Below, piece by piece: positions 13,695 through 27,179 of a DNA stretch of 64,000 nt; position 1 is the first letter of the stretch; each line of letters opens with the position of its first letter. The stretch is from the human T2T-CHM13v2.0 reference genome, Homo sapiens. The notes under the pieces were generated by a model that was given only the letters and a program-made list of their open reading frames with translations, made no database searches and was not told the origin of the DNA. The stretch lies in assembly GCF_009914755.1 (NCBI RefSeq), contig NC_060927.1; one strand, 5' to 3'. Both the position numbers and the translations under genes were made by a program.

Positions 13695-13997
13695 GGCTGG
13701 ATGCAGTGGCTCAAGCCTATAATCCCAGCACTTTGGGATCCAGGGGTGGGAGGATTGCTTGAGGCCAGGAGTTGGCGACTAGCCTAGACAACATAATGAG
13801 ACCCCATCTCTACAAAAAATTAAAAAATTAGCTGGTCATGGTGGCATGAGCCTTTTAGTTCTAGCTACTTGGGTGGCTGAGGCTGAGGCAAGAGGATTGC
13901 TTGAGACCAGGAGGTTGAGGGAACTGTGGGCTATGATCATGCTGCTGCAACCCAGGCTGGGTGACAGAGTGAGAACCTGTGTCTAATTTTAAAAAAA
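13695..13997 (+). mobile_element. AluJ
   Basis: ggaggattgcttgag in both arms, gagaccccatctctacaaaaa; TSD aagatttaggaata/aagactcaggaata. Confidence 0.92.
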
Positions 13998-14329
13998 GAC
14001 TCAGGAATAGGAATACACTAGGGAAGGTTATGTTTTAGATGTTCTAATGTGATATGAAGCTGCACAGAATCAAAGACTAATGTAATAATACAACCATCTG
14101 ATAAAGCACAAATAAAAAACAACCTTACAATACTACTTGTCTCTACAAACACTGTGTTTCCAGTAAAACAGTTAGGGGACATGTTTGATAAGCCTGATCT
14201 TTCTAAATTACATTTGTGGTGCAAAATGATTTCTGGTAATTATAATTTAGGAAAAAGCAGGTCACTTGGAAAACAACTCTGTTGACTACCTTATAACCTT
14301 GGCTAGAATGGTATAAATGGAAGGGACTC

Positions 14330-14470
14330 ATCTATTTTGACCTCTCCATTTTTGAGATGGGAAAATTGAGGCTCAACAGTATCAAGTGACAGAAAGCCTC
14401 AAGACCTAAGGCCAGTTAAAGATGTAGGGATCTGGGAACAAAATATGCATGCCATGATCTGTGCTGTTTC
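14330..14470 (-). mobile_element. MIR fragment
   Basis: ccatttttgagatgggaaaattgaggctcaacagtatcaagtgac. Confidence 0.6.
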
Positions 14471-14780
14471 TTCTGTGTTGTGATTGGGTCTCTTTAAGCT
14501 TTTTTTAAAAACGAAGCTCCACATCTATTTTGTCTTTGATTTGCATTCATTTTCATATGCCAGTTATAAAGTATCAATTCTAGCATCTTAAATATCACAA
14601 ATGAGGCTTAGAATGTATTTAATACTTCATCTATGAGTTATATAAAAGCAAATAAAATGTGTCATAATTTACAGATTGGTGTCAACTGAAGCACAAAAAA
14701 AGAGTAATTGGTTTGCCTTCAGCCCAACAATATGGTCTTTGTAAACTACAGAATAGAATCTCTCCTGTAAAGGTTTAGAA

Positions 14781-14966
14781 TAGTAGTTCTCAAAGTGTGG
14801 TCCCTGGACAAGAAGTTTTAGCTCCATCTGGGAACTTGTAAGAAATGCAAATTCTCAGATTTCTGCTCAGACTTACTGAATCAGAAACACAGTGGGTGGA
14901 GTCCAGCAATCTGTATGTGAAAAGCTCTTCAGATAATTTTGATAAATGCTAATGTGTGAGTTACTG
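14781..14966 (+). mobile_element. MER5A (hAT-Charlie MITE)
   Basis: tagtagttctcaaagtgtggtccctggac...gggaacttgtaagaaatgcaaattctc...actgaatcagaaac...cagcaatctgt...actg; hAT-like NTCTAGAN flanks. Confidence 0.9.
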
Positions 14967-14997
14967 GTCTACTGGTCTAGATTATGCTGTCTAGGAT

Positions 14998-15070
14998 TTC
15001 TCCTCTCCTCTCCTCCTCCTCTCCTCTCCTCTCCTCCTCCTCTCCTCTCCTCTCTTCTCCCTTCCTTCCT
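14998..15070. repeat. (CTCCT)n-type polypyrimidine repeat
   Basis: Direct reading. Confidence 0.9.
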
Positions 15071-16479
15071 CATCCTTATTCCATAAATAATTTGTTATTA
15101 TTATTATTATATAAATAATTTATTACTTTTGCATGAGTAATGTCTCTTAAGAACCACCGTATCAGCTATTACTCCAGACTTCTGATACGGTTTAGAACAA
15201 ATTTTGTCACCATGTTATGGTTGAGTGGAACAGCATCATCAATTTTGATATGATTCTTGGCAGGTGTTTTCCTTGCTAATTTCAAATGATTGCTTCACCT
15301 GTTAGTCTCTGCCACTCTTGCTACTAATTGTCATCTTTGCTAGCAGACCTCACTCAGAGGTCAGCCACTGTAAGCCAGGAGACTCCAGGATCCTCTAACT
15401 CTTGTTGGCCTCTCACCCCCACCTGTGGTATCCCCTGACAGGGCTGTGGAAAGGATGAGTTAGTAGAGGAAGCCTGACTTCTCTAGGGCCCATGCCGTAA
15501 TTCTTCTGGAGATAAGTAGGGAAGCCTCATTCTTCAAGCTCTAGGCCCCAATCCTGTTTTCACCGACACTAAATTCACTTCATTATCCTTGTCTGCCTGA
15601 AGACAGACCAAGACAAATGGCATTTACAAATGAAAATCTTGGGGGCGGGAGCATTAAAGTGTGCCTAATAAGAAATCAGTTGTTCTCTCAGTGTTTCGTG
15701 TGCTGGTCTGAGCACCAGGAAGTGGCTGCAGGTCCTCGCAGATGTGGAATTTCTGAACTGAATTTCTGATATTTTGTTGTCCAAAAATAGTCGGACAGTA
15801 CTATTTGCAGTCATTAATCATGATTATTAAGCAAAGGATCAGGAGAGCTTTACAGCTGTTATTTAACTCCTAATGACACTGCAGAGTGATTAGATCTCAG
15901 GTAGACTTTAACTTTTTTTTTTTTTTTAAGAAGAAAGAATGATGTGGTCAGAACAGTCATCCCTTTTTAGTGAGGGGAATAGCGGTATTAAATAAGCAGT
16001 TGCCTCACAAGTACAATTCCTGGAGTTCTGGCAAGAACTGCTATCTAAAATAATATGTTATTCACAAGTCTCAGAAGTTATGTTACCCTTTAATAGAGTA
16101 AAAAATTTGAATGCATTAGTGGAAGATTTCAAGGATAATAGAAATGCCTTGAGAAGAGACGAACTATTGCCTTAAAGTCACAAGATGGCACAGAGTATGT
16201 TGTCTGACTATGCATCAGTGTAGGGTGAGCAGCACATTTTGTTGCCTGCAGGTAGGAGGAAAATGAGAGAAGTAGCATCCTTTGCACCTAAGGAGATGGC
16301 TGCCAAGGGAAAACGTTGTGCAAAAACACCAAGTTGGGGCCAGACACAAACATTGCCTTGCATTTTTGCTGAGGACAGGTCTCTACTGATAGATATCTTC
16401 TATTAAAGCACAATCCTAGATCAAAGTAATGTCAAGCACATATAGGAAGATATTTTGATAGAGTTTGTCTGTCTTCTCC

Positions 16480-16658
16480 CAGGACTGGCTACATAATTTG
16501 TGGAGCCTAGTTCAAAATGATAATATGAGGCTTCTGGTTAAAACAACAACAACAAAAATAAGTATTTCAGAGATGGTAGCAAAGAATTAAACTAAGAATG
16601 GTGTCCCTCTAAGTGAAGAGCTCTGTGTACCAGTTTCATGCCCATGAAGCTGGCCTTG
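16480..16658 (-). mobile_element. MER45A (hAT DNA transposon)
   Basis: Termini caggactggctacataatttgtgg ... gcccatgaagctggccttg; imperfect 8-bp TSD tcttctcc/tcttcctt. Confidence 0.85.
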
Positions 16659-17579
16659 TCTTCCTTTAGCACATTTACTTTTTCTGTTTTTTATTTGGCC
16701 AATGGACACCGCCATTGGGGTGTTATCTTATGACAGAATGCAATTTTGCAAAGTCTAATTTTAAAATTGTGTATTAAAAGTTTTCCCTGGACTTAATGAA
16801 GGACTTTGAATACCCTCTCTAGTTGCCAAATAAATTGAGTTTAATGAATCTCAAAATCATATGTGTTCATCATATTCTTTATAGCGTCAGTTCCAAGTTT
16901 GTACTAGAGAGATTTGACAAAATGCCACATCTTTTCTTCTGTTCAAAAGTCAAATATCCTTAGAAGAGAGGAATACCTTTTGCCTGAATCTATTATAGCA
17001 CAAGCAAAGCTGGTTTTACTGTAAAATCCCCTAAAACCAATTCTACTTTTTAGGAGATGTCAAATATCTTGGTTTTCTCTATGTGCTTCGCTTTTTCAGT
17101 TTGACAAGATAATTAGATCATAGTATTTCAGTGACATAGCAGAAATGGTAGCAAATAAAGTACATTTTGTATTTTCTATCCCTCCTTCCTATTATACATA
17201 TCATTTTTAAAAAGTTTAAGTTAAATCCTTTTTTAATAGATAAAATGCTATCTGTAATGCTTTTTAAATTAATTTAAACTTAGTTTAATAATTTTTAATA
17301 TATTTGTCTGTTTTATTAGTTTTCAACATGTGAAATATCATTATCATAAGCGCCATACCACTCTTGCAGTGATTAAGGAGAGCCAGCCACTAGCAATAAT
17401 CCTTTTTCTTGTTAAAGGAAAATTAATCCATGTAAATATGAAAAATCCCTGTATTTGTAGAAATAAAAATCCATATATAAAAATTCATATATACATAAAA
17501 TGCTGTTATACGTATGCAGATATAAATAAATGAAATCTTAAGTAATGAAACTGACAAGTGGTAATTGCATACAAAATTA

Positions 17580-18000
17580 TGAAATACAGAAGAATCAAAA
17601 TGTTTTGTATATTCTCTCATTTAATTATTAACAACTCTGTGAAGTTGGCTTTATCACTACTTTGTCAGAAAAAGAGATTCAGGGAAATTTCATTATGTTG
17701 CCCATTGTCACTCACTGGAGGATTTGAACACTTATTTGTATTAATTCTAAAATCCGTGGTCTTTCCATACCACTCTGCCATCTCAAGCATAATATTTTAA
17801 ATCTTATAAGTATTTTTATTTTATCATCTATTTGTATTTCTACTTTTTTATATTAAGTAATATAATAAATATTCAATTTGACCAGCAAGGTTATTAAAGC
17901 TCAAGGAGGTAAAGTGAATTGTCTGAGCTTGCTCATTTCTCTGGGAGCCCATCAGAGGCTGGAACATTGCACTGATGACCCCCAGCTCTGTGGTCTTGTC
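17580..18000 (-). mobile_element. Two MIR fragments
   Basis: ctcatttaattattaacaactctgtgaagttgg...ggatttgaacac and aagctcaaggaggtaaagtgaattgtctgag. Confidence 0.6.
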
Positions 18001-20029
18001 CCTAGACCTCCACTTGGCTTCTCTTCCTCTTACTGCTCTTAACTAACAGCATGCATTTGTCTTTAGTGGTTTATAATCCTTTATAAGAATTTCTGCCTAT
18101 TTAACATATATGAAATTATTATTTTTCACCTCCCACCATCTAAAATAATAATTACCCTCAAACAAGGAAGACAAACTAAAGTCATTTTTTATTCTGAAAA
18201 TGTAGAACTGAACTCTTCATTTTCAGTATGATGCCAAACACTACTAACTGGATTTCATTTAATTGGATTAAAACTGACGGGACACATATTCTCTCGAATG
18301 TGCAACCTCACCCCTCTTGCTTGATCTTCATAAAACATCATGTATTTAGTCAGATTGCATCCCTGGAGATACAGTTGGAGTAGCTGGTGACTCTAGAGAA
18401 GTCTGAAAGTAAGAATACGATTCTTGATGTGATAAGGAGATATATTTTTGAAGTAACAACATGGAATAAATCAAGAATAGTCTGTGCTGAATTTTGAGTT
18501 ATTTCCAGAAGTGGAGGCTTCAGGTGTGAACAGAAAATGGAAACCTGGTTTTCTTACCAATTGATTTACTAGATCATCCGAGGAGATTTGAGACCTAGTT
18601 CTTTCTGCTACTCACAGATGTATGGAAGAGCTGCCCAGTCATAAAACCAATTTTGAGGCCAATTTCAAGTGGACAGATAATGGTAAATCTTTAATTAGTT
18701 TGATTATATTTTTAGCCAGTTGCCTTTCTGGATTTGGAATATGCTAAAAATTAATTTACCTGTGCCTTACCCATTGTGTCTATTATTGGCACCTCCCATT
18801 TCTATTTGAATAAGGTATTGAAAGTTTAGAATCATTGAAAAAAGTATTTTTATAGTATCTTTAAGAATCACAGTACAATAAATAGCTAATTTAAAGCTTG
18901 GATCGTGAAAACACAATGGATAACATATAGTATAACGTAGCTATATGCCGAGGATATTATCAAGTGGGTAGGGATTTATTTCCATAGTTATAAAAAATAT
19001 AATTGCCTTGAAACTTATGTTTTACTTCTACTTCGATCAATTATATAGTCAGGTAAGTATATGTTAAAACCTATACGTAGTGGTTGAATTACACAGTTTT
19101 TCACACATTATACAAATAGTTCATTTGTTTGAGAAAGAGTTGAGGAAGATCCTCCAGCCCCTTCTCACTATAAAATTATATGATTCTAAGTTTATAAGAT
19201 ACAAAAAAGCCAAATAAATGGAAATTAATGGAAAAATTGATTTACTGGCTTGTGTGAGAGTAGAGACTGAAATTCTACTTAGATGCATGTTATGTATTAT
19301 GTTTAAGCTATTTTAAAAGTAGGGCTATTAGGAAAGAATTTTAGTGCAACTGGTTTCTTATATAGTTGCTATTCAGTAGGATACTTTTGAAATGGTGAAA
19401 AGTTTGTATCTGTATACATAAAACTCAATTCAGTAATATGTTTGTATCCATATTGTTGATCTAATGTAGTAGTATAAAAACAACCTAAGGAAGAGCTTCC
19501 ATGCGTACACAGAGGTTATGAGTTGTGGTCTGAGCGAAATATCTTTTGGGATTGGCTTATAACAAGTGAGTATTTGCATAAATAATGCCGTTTGGGGAGT
19601 TTTTTAAAAGAAATTTCTTAAGATATAGCCAGTTACCTAAGAAAATATTGTGTTTTCTATTTATCTAGTTGTACCGACACTGATAATGTTGAGAAATCTA
19701 CATTAATTGACAAAGAAGAACAATGCAATTTGACATATTAACTACTTTAGTCTGAGTGAATTATTTTTGGATCTTTCAAAATAAACTTGCTACTTGAAAA
19801 AAAAATTTACATATCTGTCTAATTAATAGACTATAGTTTCCCTTAAATAGACGGCTAATATTTTACCCTTATTTATGAACAGTTTTTATTTTGTATGTAG
19901 TATCAAATCACAGAAAAAAAAATGTTCCTAACTTCAAAAATGGAAGACAACATGCCTCTCAATTGGAATACGACTTAGGTCTTGGCTGGAATGTTGGTGA
20001 ACTGAAGGCACTGAGGAAAACCAGTTCAA

Positions 20030-20400
20030 CCTCATTGTCCACTAGAAAACAGTTCCTTTACAGAATGAAGAATTAAATATGGTGGCATAAATTTAACTTT
20101 CCTGCTGCTTTTGATCCTAAGGTCACAACTAGTAAGTAGCAGAGACAGAATTTGAACTAAGACCGTTCTCTGCATTCCCTATTTTGCTATGCTATGTAGC
20201 AGATTGGGCTGCACACTGGTAGTTTGCCTCCATTATCCTTGCCCTTCACTACAATAATGGACTGCAAACATAAATAACAGTGTTTTCATTTTACAGATAC
20301 AGAAATGGGGAGTGAGTACAGTACAAGTACTTGCCTAAGGGCATACAATAATGGGTGGTGAAGCTGCCATTTGGACTTAGATCTCTTTCCTAAGTCTCTA
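20030..20400 (-). mobile_element. MIR fragments
   Basis: cctaaggtcacaactagtaagtagcagagacagaatttgaac; cattttacagatacagaaatgggg...acttgcctaagggcataca. Confidence 0.7.
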
Positions 20401-22717
20401 TTATTGCCTATATTGACCCCAGACAGAAGAAATTACATTTTTCTCCCTTTTCTCCTCCCTCCCTCCTTTCCTTCTTTCCTTCCTTCCTTACGTCTGTCCT
20501 TCCTTTCATTAAAGCAAAGAAACTAAGCTCCCTCATATTTGTAAGGAAAGCCTTTTCATATCACTTTTATTCATCCATTATTTGTAAAGGCATGTTGTCG
20601 ACCAGGTGCTGTGCTAGGCATCATGGAGTGCTAAACAGTTGTGAACACTGTCACAGTACCATGTGGTCTGTAGAATTTTATCACACAATAGCAATGGCTT
20701 ACTTCCTGAAAAGTAGAACAGACACTCCAAAAAACGTAGTATTTCTCTTAACAAAACAAGGGCAAATTGAAATTGTCCTTGGTTCTGCTTCAGTTCAGCA
20801 GTTTTGAATCTTCTTTTGGGAACTGCTGGTAGAGAGCAAGTTCCCAATCATGGCTACTATTTTTAGCTTCATAAGACTCTTGTGTCTATAAATGATATTC
20901 CCTTTTTTGAGGATAATGTCTTAAATGCAGTCCAAAATCAATTAGCTATTATGTGCAACCAGGCTACCCTTAGAAAGGTGACTATCCTTTTTTGTATATA
21001 TTTACCAGTATTTGCCACCCAGACCACAAGGCAAGGGATTGAGGTAGTCACTGGTATTTTTCTGGGAGTAGCTTAAGCTTATAATTTTCATGTACATATT
21101 TCCCTTTCTCTCTTTCCAAAAAGGATTATTTAAATTTTTCAACATTTAAGCATAGAGGAAATAAATAAAATAGGTTATCTTGTCATTTTCTCCATAAGGA
21201 ACTTCTTCAGAAAAGACAGTGTGTAGACAGTCCCAGTGGCTGTCCCCTTTAACTCAAGCCCAGGACCTACAGATTTCTCTGTAGCTCAACAAAATGTCTT
21301 TCCACAAAGGGCTGGAGGATTCTTAATTATCAGTTGTTGAATTTCAGTCATCCTGATAACACCATTTAGCCAACTGTGATGGCAGCGATATTTGTCTTGT
21401 TAAAGACCCTGAAGTTAAATTACTGCTGTACTATTTTCCTTCAAGCCTGACTTGTTAGTTATGGTGGAAGTGAGCTATTGACTGGGGTCCTCCCATTCAT
21501 CTATACTTCCTTTATTATTTTAAATGATCTCTAGAGCTAAGGGGCAGCAATTTGCATTATTTATTCAATGAATTCTACCTGATAGTCTTGTCTATAATTT
21601 CCCTTGTGAAGAGAACAGAAAGACTAAGAATGAATAAATTGTCTCTTGAAAACTCATGGCTTTATCTGCTTCTGTCACAGAAATGCTATAGATTTCAGTT
21701 TTCTTGACTGAGAAATATTTAATAACAAGAAGCTCTACATTCTAGCAGTTTAAAAGGAGGAGGATTTTTTTTTCCCCCACTCTTTGTCTCTCACTGTTTC
21801 TTCCTCTCAGCTATACTTTACCTAAAACCTTAATTTTTTCCCCCATTGCTTTTATGGGGATTCCTCTGAAAGACATAAAATGCCTCTCTCCATGAGAAGC
21901 CCTGTCATAGGAGACAGCTCTTTCCATCTGTATATTTTACTTGCCTTGCATGTAATTTTCTCATCCAAATGGAAAGCTCACCATGCTCTAATGAAACTTA
22001 CTAGAGACTCCCAGAAAATTCATGTAACCAGGTTTATGTGTGGGTCTGATGTTTTAAGGGACAGACTGACAATTCATGGCCAGAGGAGGCCATTAAGGAA
22101 ACAGGTTTGATTGAAGTCCCGACACAGATGTTGACAGCATAATTAAAATGATTAATTGGAGTAAGAGAAGTGTTTCAAACTAATTAGAAAAATGGTTTGG
22201 TTATACCCCCAGACTGTACAAATGGCCAGAGGAGCCAATTTTTTTATATAGAGAAGGGAAAAGTGAAGATGTATGTTAAAACAATGTCATTCTTCTTTTA
22301 TCAAGAGGATACTGCAAAGTTTAAAACTATGATTATTGTTATGTTGGTTTTCCTGTGAGTCTTTAGGTCTATTATCCCAGCCCCTTTTGCCAGGTGGCTG
22401 ACTGGGCATAGGCGTGCAGCCACGTTCAAGAAACAAAGGGAATACTTGCATAGAACTGGAGTTGGCCCATATTGACATAAGACAGTTCTCAATCACAATA
22501 ACTATTTACTTGCATATTGCTTCTCCAGAGAGAATACAAGTACCCCAAATTACCATCAGATGGCTTAGCACATAGTAGGGCCTCAATATTTTGTGTGTTT
22601 GCTGAGGCAACCAAAGCCATATTTTTAAGTATGCCTAAATAATAGGACTGAGAAATTTTTCTTCCAGTTATGCTTTCATTTTCTTGATTATTTCTGTTTT
22701 ATTGTGAATCCTAGTAA

Positions 22718-23056
<339 letters not shown>

Positions 23057-24294
23057 TGAACTATCATGGACCAATCGGTTTTAGAGATTATTAATGAGCA
23101 TTAGCAGGGGCATGTTTCAGAACTCTTTGCAGACACAATTTAGTTAAAACATTTCTTAGTTTCTATAAAAGCAAATGTATGCTATTGTGGTGTTGAAGCT
23201 CTTTGTACACAAAGTAAACATTACGTGAAAGAACTCCTTTGGCCTGCAAACATAACATTTAAATGGCTATTGACCATATGTTTCTAACTAAAAGCACTAT
23301 GAAAAACAAGTTCTTGCCAGATTTCAGGTTTTTTTCTAGTTGTGCTCTGTGAAGCCTGGTGGTAGGTTTTCAGTTAATGCCTTTGGCTACATGAACAAGG
23401 AGTTTCACCAAGAATGTTGGGAATTCCTTTGGTGACCAAAAGGAAATATGAAGACTCTGGAGGCTGATGAGAGAGACAAATAATGGGGAAGTCATAAACA
23501 TCATGCCAATTCCTGTCATTTATTTCATTTTCTTTTTAAAATAAGATCTGAAATTGTTTAAAAGAATTTTTGAAAAGCATCAAGTTAACTTTCTAGCACT
23601 TTTAAGTTTCATGTAAATCAGTATTCTTCAAGTGCCACATAAATATGTGTAGGTAAGTGTGCTATTTCTAGGTCTATAATATTTAAAGATATTTAATAAA
23701 TAGGTTTCATTCGTTGCATGCAGGATGCTGACTAAAATTGATAGAGGAAAGGTCTAGGGGTTTGTTTATTTTAATTTAATACAATGAAATACACTTGTAA
23801 TCCTATTAAATTATAGTCTATTTTGTATATTCTTGATAATTGAAGTTATTATCTATGGGTGTGTGCATTCGCGATGGGGGGAAAATGGTCTATTGGGAAG
23901 AATGGCATTTTGACAAATCACAGGAAATAGTCAATTATGTGGATTCCACGCAGTTTCCAAGGTTATGACAAAGATTTTACCCCTGAAATTCATGAACCAT
24001 AGTCTGGAGGGAGTTTGGATGGAATTACAATTCAAGTGGTTTGTTTTGGGAGGAGTATAGGGTGGGGACAGAATTAAATGTTCAGTTTATTTCTCCCCAC
24101 AAAACTCGCCGTGGCAGCACCCTTAAGAGGGAGAGAATGCAAACTTGTTTTCTTTAACACAAAATTTCTAGCAGTATGAAATACTGAAACATTCCGGATG
24201 ATAAGGGCCTTAAAGCTTAGGTTTATGATCATAACAATAACCTATTCACATTAATATACTCAATAAAGTTGGCTATATACATGAAGTGCTAATG

Positions 24295-24598
24295 AAGTAA
24301 ACAACAAATGAGTTTTCCAGGATGCTGCATACTTGAAATTTACTGAGTGTAGGGTCTCTTTATCAATAAAGTTGGAAATTTATTTTTTTCCATCGTTTTC
24401 CTCTTGTTTCAAGTCTCTTCACTGCCTTGTCATTTAAGTAAATGACAAGTAAACAACACATGAGTTTTCCGGGATGCTGCATACTTGAAATTTACTAAGT
24501 GTAGGGTCTCTTTATCAATAAAGTTGGAAATTTATTTTTTTCCTCAGTATTCTTGTTTTCGTCTTGTTTCAAGTCTCCTGACTGCATTGTCATTTAAG
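24295..24598. repeat. Local tandem duplication, 2 x ~150 bp
   Basis: Direct: 24295-24438 aligns with 24447-24598 with a few substitutions and one small indel. Confidence 0.95.
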
Positions 24599-26212
24599 CT
24601 GTTAAGGCTGAAAATAATTCCCCAAAGGGGACATTGAACTAAAATATTTCCGGCAAATTTATCTCTAAAACTTTTAATCTAGTCAGGAAATATTAATAAT
24701 CGATGCAGGTGGGGTTGTGCATAAAAGAAATGCTATAAAATGCTACATTGTTCATCGAGCATATAGTCAGACAAAACACTGCATTTACTGTCTCCAGAAA
24801 ATGAAAGTTAATTTATGTATTTCATCAACAGACTTTATTATAGTGCCACATATTTGTGGTAGACTTAAGGCCGTGAGAAATTTTCACTCTTGACTTCTCT
24901 CTGTTAAAAAAAAAAAAAAAAATCAAATCAAAACACTCTTTATGTTTAAAAATGGTTACAATACAGTAATAAAAATGTGGCTTACTCTTTGCTTTTCACT
25001 AATAAGTTGAGTAGCAATTGGCAAAAACCAAAAATCGTAAACTCCCTGAGCTCCAATTTCCTCCTTAATTAAATGAGGTCACAGAGACCAGGATCCACTT
25101 TAAGTAGCAAATTGAGGCTCAATTCCGAAATTAGAATGTGCAGCTCCCATTCAATAATCCATCTTTAATAAAAATGTAGATTAACATTGTGTCCCATCCT
25201 CCAGCCCAAGTCTGCAGTAGAAGGGACTTGAGAGTAAGATGCTTGGTGCTTCTTTTTCTTTCCTCTCTTGCAGTTCACCTCATTCTTCAACTGCTGGTTC
25301 TCATTTCTAACCCTGCTAGTGTCAAAGTGAGAGGGTAGGGGAGGACAGGTGAGGAAGGTAGGGAAGTTCGTACTTGACTTTCTTGAGATGGCTTTGTATA
25401 TTCTTACCAGGTCCCTCTCTTTCTTGAGATCTTTCTTAGGCTCCTTTGAGGCCTTTACTGTGGATGTTTGAAAGCACATCTGTGACATTGATGATAGATT
25501 TTTCTCCAGCTCTCTGCTCCCTTTGCACCCCGTGGAGATCTACTCCTAAAATTCTCTCTGCAGGAATCTCATTAGCCTCCAGTGGTTTTCCTGGACAGGA
25601 GACAAAAAAGCTACAGTCTTACTCTCTCTATTCCTCTGTAACCCACATCTTGTCCAGGGACATTGATCCCTGGCTCCAACAAAGTCTGAGAATGCAGGTC
25701 AATCCCAATACAGCTTCACCTTTCTACTTTGTGCCCAAAGCAGTTCATCAGTTGCTTACTTTGTCCTCTATGTTTCCTGTATAGGGACCAATCACAGTTC
25801 ACTTTGCCGTATTAACTCAGAGGAACATATGAAGCTCTTGAGGGGTCCCTCTGAAGCTCCTCTGTCTTAACTTGAGAAGCAAGCACAGAATAACTTTCTC
25901 CAAACAGATCTTTAACACAAGTCCTTCTTCCTGGTTTCATTGGTTTGCACTAATTTTTAATCCTCAATGTAGATTTTAGGCCATTTAGCTCTCTGTCACC
26001 CTACTCTGACATTTTGCAAATGGTATTGTATCGTGTGTCTAACAACTCAGCTGTCTGCTGTCTGTTTTATCTTGGTGCCTCAGTTAAAGAATCCAATGTA
26101 ACATGCTGTTGCAAATGAGTTAAATTCCGATAGCCTTCAGAACTAATTTTTTGTTTCCCTTTGTGAATCCATCCCATGAATCTCGATTTATTCATAAAAA
26201 TATAGTTGTTCA

Positions 26213-26565
<353 letters not shown>

Positions 26566-27179
26566 TCATTATAAAATTATGGCTAAGAATTAAGGGATGA
26601 CTGTTCCTGCTAGTTAGCATGGTTCATAATTGGTTGTTTTTTGTTTGTTTGCAAATTGAATGATCAATTGAGTTAGGTTTGGTTCTTTCATTTTAGAGAT
26701 TGCCAATATATGTAAAATTTGTCTAGACAGGGATTGATGTCCACAGAACAGAAAATCATATAGGTAATTATATAAAGTAAACTAATTTCAGTTAGTTTAC
26801 TTCATGTAAAATAAGTGAAAACAATTCAATCTTAAAAGGTCTTCATGTGACGAAATTGCCCTAAGCATCTCATGTATGTATAAGGCACTATAGTAGACAG
26901 TACAGGGGCCACAGAGATGGAGAGAACTAAGCTCCCTCTCTCCTGGGACAAAGCTTATGCTCTGCTCTGAAAGTGTCTGTCTTGAGTGAGCCTTAATCAG
27001 CATCGCGAATATGGAGTATCTTAGTTTCTTTTGAATGGTAATCGATTGTTTAGGGGAATAGTTTTAAATTTACTAAATAATGTGTTTTTCTTTTAATGTT
27101 AAGGAATATAAAAAAGGACCCCCAAAATGTTTCATAATCTACTGCACAGATAAGCCTTTTGCCATAAAAGGTAAAAGAA

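Noticed and set aside
19040-19060. Consensus donors cag|gtaagt (19051) and tag|gtaagt (23652)
   Set aside because: No convincing matching acceptor or open frame upstream; such words are common in introns.
24295-24598. CRISPR-like or other prokaryotic repeat system
   Set aside because: Only two long copies, no spacers, and the DNA is clearly primate.
25165-25920. 107-112 aa ORFs in a GC-richer segment
   Set aside because: No recognisable domain; probably a decayed repeat whose family I cannot assign.
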